Source: Candidatus Latescibacterota bacterium (GTDB lineage Bacteria > Latescibacterota > UBA2968 > UBA8231). From it: a stretch of DNA of 64,000 nucleotides. Below are positions 28,057 to 37,791 of the stretch, piece after piece. Numbering within the stretch: position 1 is the first letter of the stretch; each line of letters opens with the position of its first letter. The position numbers were made by a program, and so were the translations under genes. A model generated the notes under the pieces. It searched no databases. It worked only from the letters and a program-made list of their open reading frames with translations, and was not told where the DNA came from. The DNA lies in the NCBI GenBank assembly GCA_965203355.1, contig OZ241889.1, positions 1,376,001 through 1,440,000 on the forward strand, read 5' to 3'.

Positions 28057-29286
28057 ATGACCGTTCTCGAACCCCTCCTTGCCGGCTTGGGTCAGCTTCG
28101 GGCGCACAAGCTGCGCTCGCTGTTGACGCTGTTGGGCATTGTCATTGGCGTGGCGGCCATTATTGCGGTGGTGTCGCTGGGCGAGGGATTGCGCCGCGAG
28201 GTGATCGCGCAATTCGTCTTCAGCGGCGGCGCGGGCATGATCGAGGTGGAGCCGCCGCGCCAATGGGTGCGCAAGGATGGCCGCTGGGTGCGCCGCCCGT
28301 GGCAAGAATACCTGACCGAGGCCGACATGGCGGCCATGCAGCGGGAAATCGACGAACTCTACGCCCTCGTGCCCCAGCTTCAAGGCAACGCCGAGCTCCA
28401 GCGCGGCAAAACCACCGTACAGACGAGCTATACGGGCACGTCGGCTGCGTTCAACGAGGGCTTCAACTGGCCGGTGACCAGCGGCCGGCCGCTGAGCGCG
28501 GACGATCTGCGCCTCGCCCGCCAAGTTTGCCTGATCGGCGATGATGTACATAAAGACCTTTTTCAGGAGGCCGAGCCGCTCGGCGCGGAGATTCTGCTCA
28601 ACGGCGACCGCTACGTGGTCGTTGGCGTGCTCGACGAGCGCGTTCGCTTTGGCCAGAGCGAGGGTCATGTCGCGTTGGTCCCGTACACTACGGCCCAAAA
28701 GCGGCTGCAAGGCGTGGATCACTTCTCGGAATTCACGCTTTTCGTCGAGGATTTGGATGCCGTCGAGCAGGTCGTCGCTGCGGTGCGCCGCGTTCTCCGG
28801 CGACACCACGAGCACGGCGACGAGTTTGAGGTCGGAACCAGCCAAGGGCAGATAGACAATGCCAATGAGTTCTTCCGCGTCCTCCAGCAAGTGGGCGGGG
28901 GGATCGCCGGGATTTCGCTGTTGGTCGGCGGGATTGGCATTATGAACATTCTGTTGGTGTCGGTGGCCGAGCGCACCCGCGAAATCGGCATCCGCAAGGC
29001 CCTCGGGGCCAAGCCGCGCCACATCCTCGGCCAGTTCCTCGCCGAGTCCGTCGTCTTGAGCATGGTCGGCGGCCTGTTGGGCATCCTCAGTGGCTTGGGC
29101 TTGGGCTTGGGGGCGGCCTTCGTCATTCAGCAACTCGCGCCCGGTTCGCCTTTTACCAGCATTGTCTCGGGCGAATCCGTGCTGTGGGCGGTCGGCTTTT
29201 CATCGGCGGTCGGCATCTTCTTTGGCGTCTATCCGGCCTGGCGTGCGGCGCGGCTCAACCCGGTAGACGCGCTGCGCCGCACGTGA
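28057..29286 (+). CDS. ABC transporter permease (MacB/FtsX family)
   Basis: [59 protein letters not shown]. Confidence 0.93.
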   Translation: MTVLEPLLAGLGQLRAHKLRSLLTLLGIVIGVAAIIAVVSLGEGLRREVIAQFVFSGGAGMIEVEPPRQWVRKDGRWVRRPWQEYLTEADMAAMQREIDELYALVPQLQGNAELQRGKTTVQTSYTGTSAAFNEGFNWPVTSGRPLSADDLRLARQVCLIGDDVHKDLFQEAEPLGAEILLNGDRYVVVGVLDERVRFGQSEGHVALVPYTTAQKRLQGVDHFSEFTLFVEDLDAVEQVVAAVRRVLRRHHEHGDEFEVGTSQGQIDNANEFFRVLQQVGGGIAGISLLVGGIGIMNILLVSVAERTREIGIRKALGAKPRHILGQFLAESVVLSMVGGLLGILSGLGLGLGAAFVIQQLAPGSPFTSIVSGESVLWAVGFSSAVGIFFGVYPAWRAARLNPVDALRRT

Positions 29287-30506
29287 TCTTCCTCGAATCC
29301 ATCCGCATTGCCCTCGGGCAAATTTGGGTCAACAGGCTGCGCACGGCCCTGACTCTGCTGGGCATGACGATCGGGGTCGGCGCGGTAGTAGGCATTGTGT
29401 CCATTGGCGAGGGGATGCGGCAGTTTGTCGTCGACGAGTTCGGCAAGTTGGGCGGGGCGGAGTTTGTGATGGTCGCGCCGCAATACATGCAGCTCAAGGA
29501 CGGCCGCTGGGTGCCCAATCCGCACGCCAAGCCTTTGACCTTGGACGACCTGGCGATTATTGAGCAAGCCTCCGACCGCATAGCCGCGGTCTTGCCTTCG
29601 ATGAACAATGGAGCCAATCTGCGCTATCGCAAGGCCAGCTACCAGAGCCGAGCGGCCGGGACCTTGCCCGAATTTGCCGCGGTGTACAACTGGCCGGTCG
29701 CCGAGGGCCGCTTCCTCATCCACGCCGACTTGGACAAGCTGCGCCGGGTCTGCGTGATTGGGCAAAAGGTGCGCGAGGAGGTGTTTGGCTTGGCCGCCTT
29801 TTTGGGCCGCGAGCTCAAGATCAACGGCCAGCGCTTTACGGTTGTAGGTCTCATGGAGGATCGCCAGATCTTTGGCGAAAACTGGGGCGATCAAGTGCTG
29901 GTGCCAGTGACGACAGCCCAGCGCCGCCTCGCCGGCAACAAGTATATCCAAGGCTTAGTAGCCCACGCCGAGGAGGCCGACGATGTGCCCGGCATTGCCA
30001 CGGCCATTGAAGCGGCACTCAAAAAGCACCACGGCCCGGACGCGAGCTATCAGATTATCAGCGGCCGCAGCATCTTAGAGCAGGTTGAGCAAATCATTTT
30101 GCTGTTGAAATTGGTCGTGGGTGGGATTGCGGGGATTTCGCTGTTGGTCGGCGGGATTGGCATTATGAACATTTTGTTGGTGTCGGTGGCTGAGCGCACC
30201 CGCGAGCTTGGCCTCCGCAAGGCCCTCGGTGCCAAGCCGGTGACGCTGCTGTGGCAATTTGTGATCGAGGCGATGGCCCTGAGCTTGACCGGGGGTGCGC
30301 TCGGGGTGGCTGCGGGCTATGGGCTGGGCGAGGGCATTGCGCGCGTCATTACCCATTACAGCGAATTGAGCTTTCCCAGCATTGTCTCGCTGGAGGCTAC
30401 GCTGCTGGTGCTGGCCTTGTCCATTGCGGTTGGTTTGTTCTTTGGCATCTATCCAGCGGCCCGCGCTTCGCGGCTCGACCCGGTGGATGCGTTGCGCTCG
30501 GAGTGA
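29283..30506 (+). CDS. ABC transporter permease (MacB/FtsX family)
   Basis: [16 protein letters not shown], same MacB motifs; GTG overlaps upstream TGA. Confidence 0.93.
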   Translation: MIFLESIRIALGQIWVNRLRTALTLLGMTIGVGAVVGIVSIGEGMRQFVVDEFGKLGGAEFVMVAPQYMQLKDGRWVPNPHAKPLTLDDLAIIEQASDRIAAVLPSMNNGANLRYRKASYQSRAAGTLPEFAAVYNWPVAEGRFLIHADLDKLRRVCVIGQKVREEVFGLAAFLGRELKINGQRFTVVGLMEDRQIFGENWGDQVLVPVTTAQRRLAGNKYIQGLVAHAEEADDVPGIATAIEAALKKHHGPDASYQIISGRSILEQVEQIILLLKLVVGGIAGISLLVGGIGIMNILLVSVAERTRELGLRKALGAKPVTLLWQFVIEAMALSLTGGALGVAAGYGLGEGIARVITHYSELSFPSIVSLEATLLVLALSIAVGLFFGIYPAARASRLDPVDALRSE

Positions 30507-30510
30507 TCTC

Positions 30511-31191
30511 ATGCTGATCGAACTGAATGGCATTAGCAAGGTATATGTGCGCGGCACGGAAGAAGTACACGCCTTGCGGTCGGTAGATTTGGCGATTGAG
30601 GACAACGAATACGTCGCGCTGATGGGGCCTTCTGGCTCGGGCAAATCCACGCTGATGAACATTCTCGGCTGCTTGGATTCGCCGACCGAGGGGGCGTACC
30701 GCTTGGCGGGTACAGATGTGTCGCGCATGAATGCCAATGAACTGGCCGAAGTGCGCAATAGCCGCATTGGCTTCATCTTCCAGACCTTCAACTTGCTGCC
30801 GCGCGCGTCGGCTTTGCAAAACGTCGAGCTGCCGCTGATTTACAATGGCCAGCGTCGCAAGGTGCGCCGCGCCCGGGCGATTGAGGTGCTGGAGCGGGTT
30901 GGCTTGGCCGACCGCATGACGCACCGTCCGACCGAGCTGTCTGGCGGCCAATGTCAGCGGGTGGCCATTGCCCGCGCCTTGGCCAACGGGCCTTCGCTGC
31001 TGTTGGCCGACGAGCCGACCGGCAACCTCGACTCCCGCACCGGCGAGGAGATCATGGTCCTCTTCGCCGCCCTGCAAGAAGAGGGCAACACCGTGCTTTT
31101 GGTGACCCACGATCCGGTTGTTGCCCAACAGGCCAAGCGGCTGATTCGCATCCACGACGGCCGCATTGCTTCTGACGAGCAACGGGCGTAG
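30511..31191 (+). CDS. ABC transporter ATP-binding protein (LolD/MacB-type)
   Basis: [28 protein letters not shown]. Confidence 0.95.
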   Translation: MLIELNGISKVYVRGTEEVHALRSVDLAIEDNEYVALMGPSGSGKSTLMNILGCLDSPTEGAYRLAGTDVSRMNANELAEVRNSRIGFIFQTFNLLPRASALQNVELPLIYNGQRRKVRRARAIEVLERVGLADRMTHRPTELSGGQCQRVAIARALANGPSLLLADEPTGNLDSRTGEEIMVLFAALQEEGNTVLLVTHDPVVAQQAKRLIRIHDGRIASDEQRA

Positions 31192-31307
31192 GGAAGCTCT
31201 GACCCTTGTCGGCGATCGCCGCTTTATTGACGCGATTGTTCCACTATTCTTGTGTTACAGAGACCGTCTTTGGTTCACCAATACTCTACAGATTTTAGAG
31301 GTATAGC

Positions 31308-31403
31308 ATGAAGAATATCACCATCACCCTACCAGAGGATGTTGCTCGGTGGCTGCGGATCAAGGCCGCCGAAAACGAGCTCAGCGTCTCCAAATGGCTG
31401 GCC
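31308..31403 (+). pseudogene. Ribbon-helix-helix (CopG/antitoxin-like) gene remnant
   Basis: GAGG RBS plus MKNITITLPEDVARWLRIKAAENELSVSKWLA, then runs antisense into the glcF 3' end. Confidence 0.6.
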
Positions 31404-32667
31404 GCGGCCCGCCCGTTGCCCAATCCAACAGTTCGACGGTGTGGACGACCGGGACCGCGGCGCAGGCGGCGATTTGCTCTATGCAGCCGATGTTGCCCGC
31501 CGCCACGACCTGCGGCGCAACGCTGGCGATGTGCGCTACTTTGCGCGCTTGTAGCTTTTGCGCCAAGTCGGGGCGCAGCATGTTGTACGTGCCGGCGCTG
31601 CCGCAGCAGATATGGCCCTCGGGTATCTCGACGACCTCAAAGCCCGCCGCCTTCAGCAGGTGCCGCGGTGGGGCGGTGACGTGCAGACCGTGTTGGAGCG
31701 AACAGGCGTCGTGATACGCTACCTTCAGGGCCGGTGCGCGACCCGCTTGGCCCAATCCGAGTTGCGCCACCACCTCAGACACATCCCGCACTCGCTCCAC
31801 TACCGCCTTGGCCTTGTCGGCCCACTGGGGATCGCGGCGAAAGATGTGATGGTATTCTTTGATGGCTGTGCCGCATCCCGACGTGTTGAGCACAATCGCG
31901 TCCAAACCCTCGTTTAGCGCGCGATGCCAAACCTCAATGGCGCGCTGCATTAGCTTGAGGCTGCGCTTGCGCTCGCCGAGGTGGAAAGTCAGCGCGCCGC
32001 AACAGCCCAGGTCCGGCGGAATGACCACCTCGGCCCCGAGTCGGGTCAACAGCCGCACGGTCGCATCGTTGATGTGCGGCCCCAGCACTTGTTGGACGCA
32101 TCCGGTGAGCAGGGCCACGCGCAACTGACGGCTGTTTTCGGCAGGCACGACCCCGGGCCGGGCTACCGCGGATCGTCGCGGCAAGCGCTTGGGTGCCATG
32201 GCTAACAGGGGTCGCACGACGCCGGGCATCAGGAAGGAGAGTGCGCGGCCCACCCCAGCCATTCTGAGCGCCAAGCGCGTGCGGCCAGGGTAGGGCAGCA
32301 TCCGCGTCAGCATGGCGCGTAGCAGGCGATCCATCAAGGGCCGCTTGACCAGCTGATCCAGCCGCGGCCGGACCGTTTCCAAGAGGAGCGAATAATCCAC
32401 GCCGCTCGGGCAGGTGGTCTCGCACGCCAGGCAGCCGAGGCAGTTGTCGATGTGCTCGACTGTTTGGCGGCTCGGGGCGATGCCTTCTTCGAGGATGTTT
32501 TTGATGAGGTAAATGCGGCCGCGCGGGCCTTCGAGTTCGTTGCCGGTGAGTAGGTAAGTGGGGCAGGTGGCATTGCAAAAGCCGCAGTGGACGCAGGCGC
32601 GCAAGGCTTTTTCGGCGTCCTTAACCGCTGGGTCTTGAAGCTGATTGGGGGGAATGGTCGTGCGCAC
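31381..32667 (-). CDS. glcF: Glycolate oxidase iron-sulfur subunit
   Basis: CVHCGFCNATCPTY, CLGCLACETTCPSGV, two CCG domains, YHDACSLQHG, NIGC. Confidence 0.92.
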   Translation of the reverse strand: MRTTIPPNQLQDPAVKDAEKALRACVHCGFCNATCPTYLLTGNELEGPRGRIYLIKNILEEGIAPSRQTVEHIDNCLGCLACETTCPSGVDYSLLLETVRPRLDQLVKRPLMDRLLRAMLTRMLPYPGRTRLALRMAGVGRALSFLMPGVVRPLLAMAPKRLPRRSAVARPGVVPAENSRQLRVALLTGCVQQVLGPHINDATVRLLTRLGAEVVIPPDLGCCGALTFHLGERKRSLKLMQRAIEVWHRALNEGLDAIVLNTSGCGTAIKEYHHIFRRDPQWADKAKAVVERVRDVSEVVAQLGLGQAGRAPALKVAYHDACSLQHGLHVTAPPRHLLKAAGFEVVEIPEGHICCGSAGTYNMLRPDLAQKLQARKVAHIASVAPQVVAAGNIGCIEQIAACAAVPVVHTVELLDWATGGPRPAIWRR

Positions 32668-32670
32668 GGA

Positions 32671-33141
32671 TCAGCTCGGTTCGTCCCGCAGCCAGTGCGC
32701 GAGGGCCTTGTCGGGCGCGCTAATCTCGGCGAGCGATGTGTAGTAGTAGGCTTCCCAGCCGTCTTCTGGCAGCCCGGTGAACAGCATCAGGTTTAGGGGG
32801 TAGTTTTCTGAATCCGTGCAGCGGCGGAAGTCGTCGCGGAAGAGAAAGGTCGGCTTGCCGAGGGCAATGGCCGCCCCCAACTCGACCATGACTCCTTCGT
32901 CTGGCGGCGTGCCGTTGACAATGGCGAAGATTGCGTCGGCTTCGACCACGTCGCGCAGGTCCGCTCGACCGACTTGATAGGCCCAGCCCGACGCGGAAAG
33001 ATCGACTTGGTTGTTGCGGGCAAAAGGCTCCCAGACCTCAGCGCCCAAGGCCTCTAAGGCCGAGATGAACTGGGGCAGGAGCCGCTCCTTCCAATGGGGC
33101 GAGAAGCCATACGGGCTGGCAAGGTAGAGGGTCTTTTTCAT
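32671..33141 (-). CDS. Nucleoside 2-deoxyribosyltransferase family protein
   Basis: YLASPYGF, PDEGVMVELGAAIALGKP, LNLM. Confidence 0.88.
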   Translation of the reverse strand: MKKTLYLASPYGFSPHWKERLLPQFISALEALGAEVWEPFARNNQVDLSASGWAYQVGRADLRDVVEADAIFAIVNGTPPDEGVMVELGAAIALGKPTFLFRDDFRRCTDSENYPLNLMLFTGLPEDGWEAYYYTSLAEISAPDKALAHWLRDEPS

Positions 33142-33233
33142 CGCGTGCTCCGGTGTTGTGCGTGATACGCCTATATTCTGCCTATATTCAGTACAACGCA
33201 AATGCTCATACATGCAAAACGAGGCGTCGCTCC

Positions 33234-34268
33234 ATGGAAAAGCCGTCCTGCATCCTCCGCGAGAACATCCCGCTCGCTCCCTTCACCACTATGGGCCTCG
33301 GCGGCCCGGCGCGCTATTTGGCCGAGTGTTCCTCTTTAGACGAGATGCGCGCCTGCTTGACGTGGGCGGCGGCCGCGGGCCTGCCCGTGCAAGTGCTCGG
33401 CGGCGGCAGCAACGTGCTGTTTGCCGACGCGGGGTACCGCGGCTTGGTGCTCAAAGTGGGACTCAGCGGCGTAGTGTTTAATGGCGCGACCGCCGAGGTA
33501 GCGGCTGGCGAGGATTGGGATGGTTTTGTCCAGTGTTGCGTGGAGCGCGGCTTGGCTGGCGTGGAATGTCTGTCGGGTATCCCCGGGTCGGTGGGGGCAA
33601 CGCCCATCCAAAACGTGGGCGCATACGGCCAAGAAGTAAAAGACACCATCGCGGCAGTACGGGCGCTCGACCGGCAGACCTTGGCGGAAATCGCCTTGGC
33701 CCCGGCCGAATGCGGTTTTGCCTATCGTCAGAGCCGCTTTAAGGGGGCCGACCGCGACCGCTTTATCGTGACCTCGGTGACGTATCGCTTGGACGCCAGC
33801 GGCCAGCCGCACATCCGCTACCCCGAGCTGCGTCGGCACGTGGATAGCGATCAGCCGACCTTAGCCACGGTGCGCCACGCCGTGCTGGCACTCCGCCGCC
33901 GTAAGTCCATGGTCATTGACCCGCAAGATCCCAACGCCCGTTCGGTCGGTTCTTTCTTCTTGAATCCAGTCGTGGACGCGGAAGCGTTTGCTGCGTTGAA
34001 GGGCCGCTATCCCAAGGTCCCGAGCTTTCCCGATGCGGCTGGCGTCAAGGTGCCGGCCGCTTGGCTCGTCGAGCAAGCGGGATTTCACAAGGGGCTACAA
34101 AGGGGCGGTGCTGGCATCTCGGAGCGACACGCCTTGGCCTTAGTCAATCGCGGCGGCACGACCCGCGAAGTGCTCGCCTTGGCCGGTGAGATTCGGGCGG
34201 GGGTGGAGCAGACCTTTGGGATTCGCTTGGAGCGGGAGCCGGTGTTGGTGGAGGAGGGTGGGGGATGA
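33234..34268 (+). CDS. murB: UDP-N-acetylmuramate dehydrogenase
   Basis: GGGSNVLF, GIPGSVGATPIQNVGAYG, GSFFLNP, HALALVN, LEREP. Confidence 0.96.
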   Translation: MEKPSCILRENIPLAPFTTMGLGGPARYLAECSSLDEMRACLTWAAAAGLPVQVLGGGSNVLFADAGYRGLVLKVGLSGVVFNGATAEVAAGEDWDGFVQCCVERGLAGVECLSGIPGSVGATPIQNVGAYGQEVKDTIAAVRALDRQTLAEIALAPAECGFAYRQSRFKGADRDRFIVTSVTYRLDASGQPHIRYPELRRHVDSDQPTLATVRHAVLALRRRKSMVIDPQDPNARSVGSFFLNPVVDAEAFAALKGRYPKVPSFPDAAGVKVPAAWLVEQAGFHKGLQRGGAGISERHALALVNRGGTTREVLALAGEIRAGVEQTFGIRLEREPVLVEEGGG

Positions 34269-36790
34269 GCGAGGCGGCGGCTCGGCGCAAAATCGACCAG
34301 TTGCTCGCAAACGCTGGTTGGCGATTCTTCGCCGACGATACTGGATCGGCCAATATCCGCTTGGAGGCGCACGTCGCGCTCAAACGCGACGATCTCGATA
34401 GCTTAGGCGATAATTTTGAGCGTTCCAGTCGCGGATTTGTCGATTTCCTGATCCTCGACGACCGGGGATTCCCGCTGGTCGTGTTGGAGGCCAAGTCCGA
34501 AGATAAGAATCCACTGGTCGGCAAGGAGCAGGCCCGGCGCTACGCCCGCTCGCTGAACTGCCGCTTCGTCATCCTATCCAACGGCAATCTACACTACTTC
34601 TGGGACTTAGAGCGCGGCAATCCGCATATCATCACGGCCTTCCCGGCGCCGGATTCGGTGGAGAGGTACAAACAGGTCGCGCCCAATCCGCAGCGCCTGA
34701 TAGATGAACGGGTTGGCGACGACTACATCGTCCTCACGCAGCGGCCCAACTACGCGGCCGAGGCCGGGTGGCGCGACGCGGCCGAGCGTTCCAGATACAT
34801 TCAGACGCATGGCTTGCGCTTTTTGCGCGACTACCAGCTAGGAGCGATTCGCAGCTTGCAGCGGGCCGTCCGAGCCGGACGCGACCGATTCTTGTTTGAG
34901 ATGGCTACGGGCACCGGCAAGACGCTGGTGGCGGCCGCTGTCATCAAGCTGTTTCTCCGCACGGGCAACGCCCGCCGCGTTCTCTTCTTGGTCGATCGGC
35001 TGGAGTTGGAAGACCAAGCGGCGAACAAGTCGTTTGTCCCGTACTTGGCGCACGACTTTGACGCGGTCATCTACAAGGAGAAACGCGACGACTGGCGTCG
35101 GGCGCACATTGTGGTCGCGACGGTTCAGTCGCTGCTGTTCAACAACAAGTATCAGTCGCTGTTTTCGCCCACGGACTTTGACTTGGTGATTTCGGATGAG
35201 GCGCATCGGTCTATCAGCGGCAACGCCCGCGCCGTATTCGATTACTTCGTTGGGTACAAGCTGGGGCTGACTGCGACGCCGCGAGACTACCTCAAAGGCA
35301 TTCATGCGAGCGGCGATCCGCGCGCGGTGGAACGCCGATTGCTGCTCGACACGTACCGCACCTTCGGCTGCGCGCGTGGCGAGCCGACGTTTCGCTATTC
35401 GTTGCTCGACGGGGTGCGCGATGGGCATTTGATCAACCCTCGGGTCGTGGACGTACGCACCGAGGTGACCACCGAGCTGCTCGCTGACGGGGGCTTTGTG
35501 GTGTCTTTTGCCGATGATGAAGGCGAGCCGCAGGAGGAAGCGTTCAAAAAGCGCGACTTTGAGCGGGAGTTTTTCTCGGAAGCTACCAACGCGGTCTTCT
35601 GCCGGACCTTTTTGGAGCATGCGCTGCGCGATCCGATCAGCGGGGAGATCGGCAAGTCCATCGTCTTTGCGGTGAGCCAGCCGCACGCGGCCAAGCTAAC
35701 GCAGTTCTTCAATGAGATCGCCGACCGCATGTTTCCGGGTCAGTACCAGTCGGACTTTGCGGTGCAAGTTACGTCGCAGGTGATGGATGCCCAGCGATTC
35801 GCGGTCAACTTTGCCAACAACAACCTCGGCGGATCCGGCAATTTTAGGCGCGAGTACCGCACGAGTAAGGCGCGGATATGCGTAACCGTCGGCATGATGA
35901 CTACTGGCTACGACTGCACCGACATTCTCAATTTGGGCCTGTTCAGGCCGATATTTTCGCCGACGGATTTCGTCCAGATCAAGGGGCGCGGCACTCGGAA
36001 GCACAACTTCCTCGACCAACTGATAGGGCCTCGCGCCACAGACGTTGGCGCGGCTCCGGCGAAGACCACTTTCAAGCTGTTCGACTTTTTCGGCAACTGC
36101 CAATACTTCGAGCATGAGTTCAACTACGACGAGGTGTTGGAACTGCCGCGACCGCGCGGTCCAAGTGCTGGGGAAAAGGACGATTCAAGGCCGGTTGTAT
36201 ATGCCGGCGCGTACGAGCACTTGGGAAGCGACTTTCTTGCGACGATTGAGCAAGAGCAGATCGGCTCTGAGGGGATGAGAATTGACCGGATGTTTTTCGA
36301 CCGCTTTGCCGATGAGGTGCGCGAAAATGACTTTATTGCCCAAGCTATTGAGGCTGGCCAATGGGACCGCGCTATTGACTATGTGAATCGGGAGGTTTTC
36401 GACCAGCCCGAGGAATACTACACCTTGGCTAAGTTGCGCCAAGCCGCGGCCGTGGATCGGCGCGTAACCTTGCGCGAGATACTGGAGAAGGTTTTTGATC
36501 TCATTCCGCGTTTTAAGTCGAGGGACGAGTTGCTCGAAGAGGAATTCGCCAAATTCGTCGCCGATTACAAGCCCGACGAGGCCGAGTCCATTGCGGCGAT
36601 TAGGGCGTACTTCAAGGCGTACCTGACCAGTGGGCAGACCCGAGACCTTGTTGAGAATCGGCGTTTCGCGGCCTTGGCGACCAATTCGGCTTTTTCGTAC
36701 CGCGATTTTCGCGCGGTGCCGGAGCCGTACCGCCGGCTTGTGCCCGAGTATGTCAAGGATTACGTGTCGTTGAATCAGTTCGTCTCGTAG
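34265..36790 (+). CDS. hsdR: Type I restriction endonuclease R subunit (EcoAI/EcoEI-like)
   Basis: VDF..VVLEAK nuclease, QARRYA, MATGTGKT, DEAHRS, GLTATP, MMTTGYD, QIKGRGTR. Confidence 0.92.
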   Translation: MSEAAARRKIDQLLANAGWRFFADDTGSANIRLEAHVALKRDDLDSLGDNFERSSRGFVDFLILDDRGFPLVVLEAKSEDKNPLVGKEQARRYARSLNCRFVILSNGNLHYFWDLERGNPHIITAFPAPDSVERYKQVAPNPQRLIDERVGDDYIVLTQRPNYAAEAGWRDAAERSRYIQTHGLRFLRDYQLGAIRSLQRAVRAGRDRFLFEMATGTGKTLVAAAVIKLFLRTGNARRVLFLVDRLELEDQAANKSFVPYLAHDFDAVIYKEKRDDWRRAHIVVATVQSLLFNNKYQSLFSPTDFDLVISDEAHRSISGNARAVFDYFVGYKLGLTATPRDYLKGIHASGDPRAVERRLLLDTYRTFGCARGEPTFRYSLLDGVRDGHLINPRVVDVRTEVTTELLADGGFVVSFADDEGEPQEEAFKKRDFEREFFSEATNAVFCRTFLEHALRDPISGEIGKSIVFAVSQPHAAKLTQFFNEIADRMFPGQYQSDFAVQVTSQVMDAQRFAVNFANNNLGGSGNFRREYRTSKARICVTVGMMTTGYDCTDILNLGLFRPIFSPTDFVQIKGRGTRKHNFLDQLIGPRATDVGAAPAKTTFKLFDFFGNCQYFEHEFNYDEVLELPRPRGPSAGEKDDSRPVVYAGAYEHLGSDFLATIEQEQIGSEGMRIDRMFFDRFADEVRENDFIAQAIEAGQWDRAIDYVNREVFDQPEEYYTLAKLRQAAAVDRRVTLREILEKVFDLIPRFKSRDELLEEEFAKFVADYKPDEAESIAAIRAYFKAYLTSGQTRDLVENRRFAALATNSAFSYRDFRAVPEPYRRLVPEYVKDYVSLNQFVS

Positions 36791-36801
36791 GAAGCCTTGC
36801 G

Positions 36802-36884
36802 ATTCACGTGTTTATCCGAAAAAACCGTGAATGACGCTCATTTTTGCCGGTTCATTCACGGATATTTGCCGATATAGCGTGAAT
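36802..36884. promoter_or_regulatory. Tandem palindromic operators ATTCACG-N17-CGTGAAT x2
   Basis: 36802-36832 and 36854-36884, identical geometry; CATAAT -10-like hexamer at 36892-36897. Confidence 0.7.
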
Positions 36885-36900
36885 GCGATACCATAATGAC

Positions 36901-37791
36901 ATGGCGATTACCCAGCCGATAAAAAGCCGCATCCAAGAATTGAAACGAGCGTACGATAGCTTGCGCCGAGGCAAGGAATCGCTGCTGTCGATGATCGATG
37001 AAGTGGAGATAGCCGAGAGCGTGTACAACTCGAACGCGATTGAGAATTCAACCCTCACGCTCGAGGAGACCGAGCGAATTCTGCTGGAGCAGATGTTGTC
37101 GCGCCAGGTGTCTGTGCGGGAAGTCTTTGAGGCCAAAAACCTAGCTCGCGTCACGGAATACAAACGCAGCAAAGCTAGGGACAGCGAGCTGAGCAAAGAC
37201 CTAATACTACTCTTGCATCAGATGCTCATCGGCGGCATTAATGATGCCATTGCTGGCCGCTTTCGCGCGCCGGGGGAATACGTGCGGGTGGGCACTCATA
37301 TTGCGCCGGCACCTGAGCATGTCGAGCGCATGATGGATGCGGTCCTCGTCGAGTATTCCAGCGATCTCGGCTCCTACTTCCTCGATAAAATCGCCCGATT
37401 TCACTTAGATTTTGAAACCATCCATCCTTTTTGCGACGGCAATGGCCGCTTGGGGCGGGTGCTCATCAACTTTCAGCTTATCCAGCTTGGCTTGCCGCGT
37501 CTTATTATTCGCAACTCGGAAAAGGAGCGATACTATCAGGCGTTTAGGGATTATGAGGACCGCCGCACGACTAGGACGATGGAAGATATGCTGGCGTTGG
37601 CACTCGTAGAGTCGCTGCACAAGAGGCTGAGTTATTTGCAGGGGGAGGCTATTATGCGGCTGTCGGATTATATCAAGCAGCATGGCCTCTCGGCGCCGGC
37701 AATCACCAACGCCGCTCGTCGCCAGACCATTCCCGCTTTTCGCGAGAAGGGGGTTTGGAAGATCGGGGCGGAATTCGCTTATCGGACTTAA
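36901..37791 (+). CDS. Fic family protein with C-terminal HTH-like domain
   Basis: SNAIEN inhibitory-helix-like motif, HPFCDGNGRLGR Fic motif, RLSDYIKQHGLSAPAITNAARRQTIPAFREKGVWKI tail. Confidence 0.9.
   Translation: MAITQPIKSRIQELKRAYDSLRRGKESLLSMIDEVEIAESVYNSNAIENSTLTLEETERILLEQMLSRQVSVREVFEAKNLARVTEYKRSKARDSELSKDLILLLHQMLIGGINDAIAGRFRAPGEYVRVGTHIAPAPEHVERMMDAVLVEYSSDLGSYFLDKIARFHLDFETIHPFCDGNGRLGRVLINFQLIQLGLPRLIIRNSEKERYYQAFRDYEDRRTTRTMEDMLALALVESLHKRLSYLQGEAIMRLSDYIKQHGLSAPAITNAARRQTIPAFREKGVWKIGAEFAYRT

Noticed and set aside
28900-30240. About 60-bp near-identity between the two MacB permeases
   Set aside because: Falls in the most conserved family motif ([13 protein letters not shown]); paralogy is a sufficient explanation
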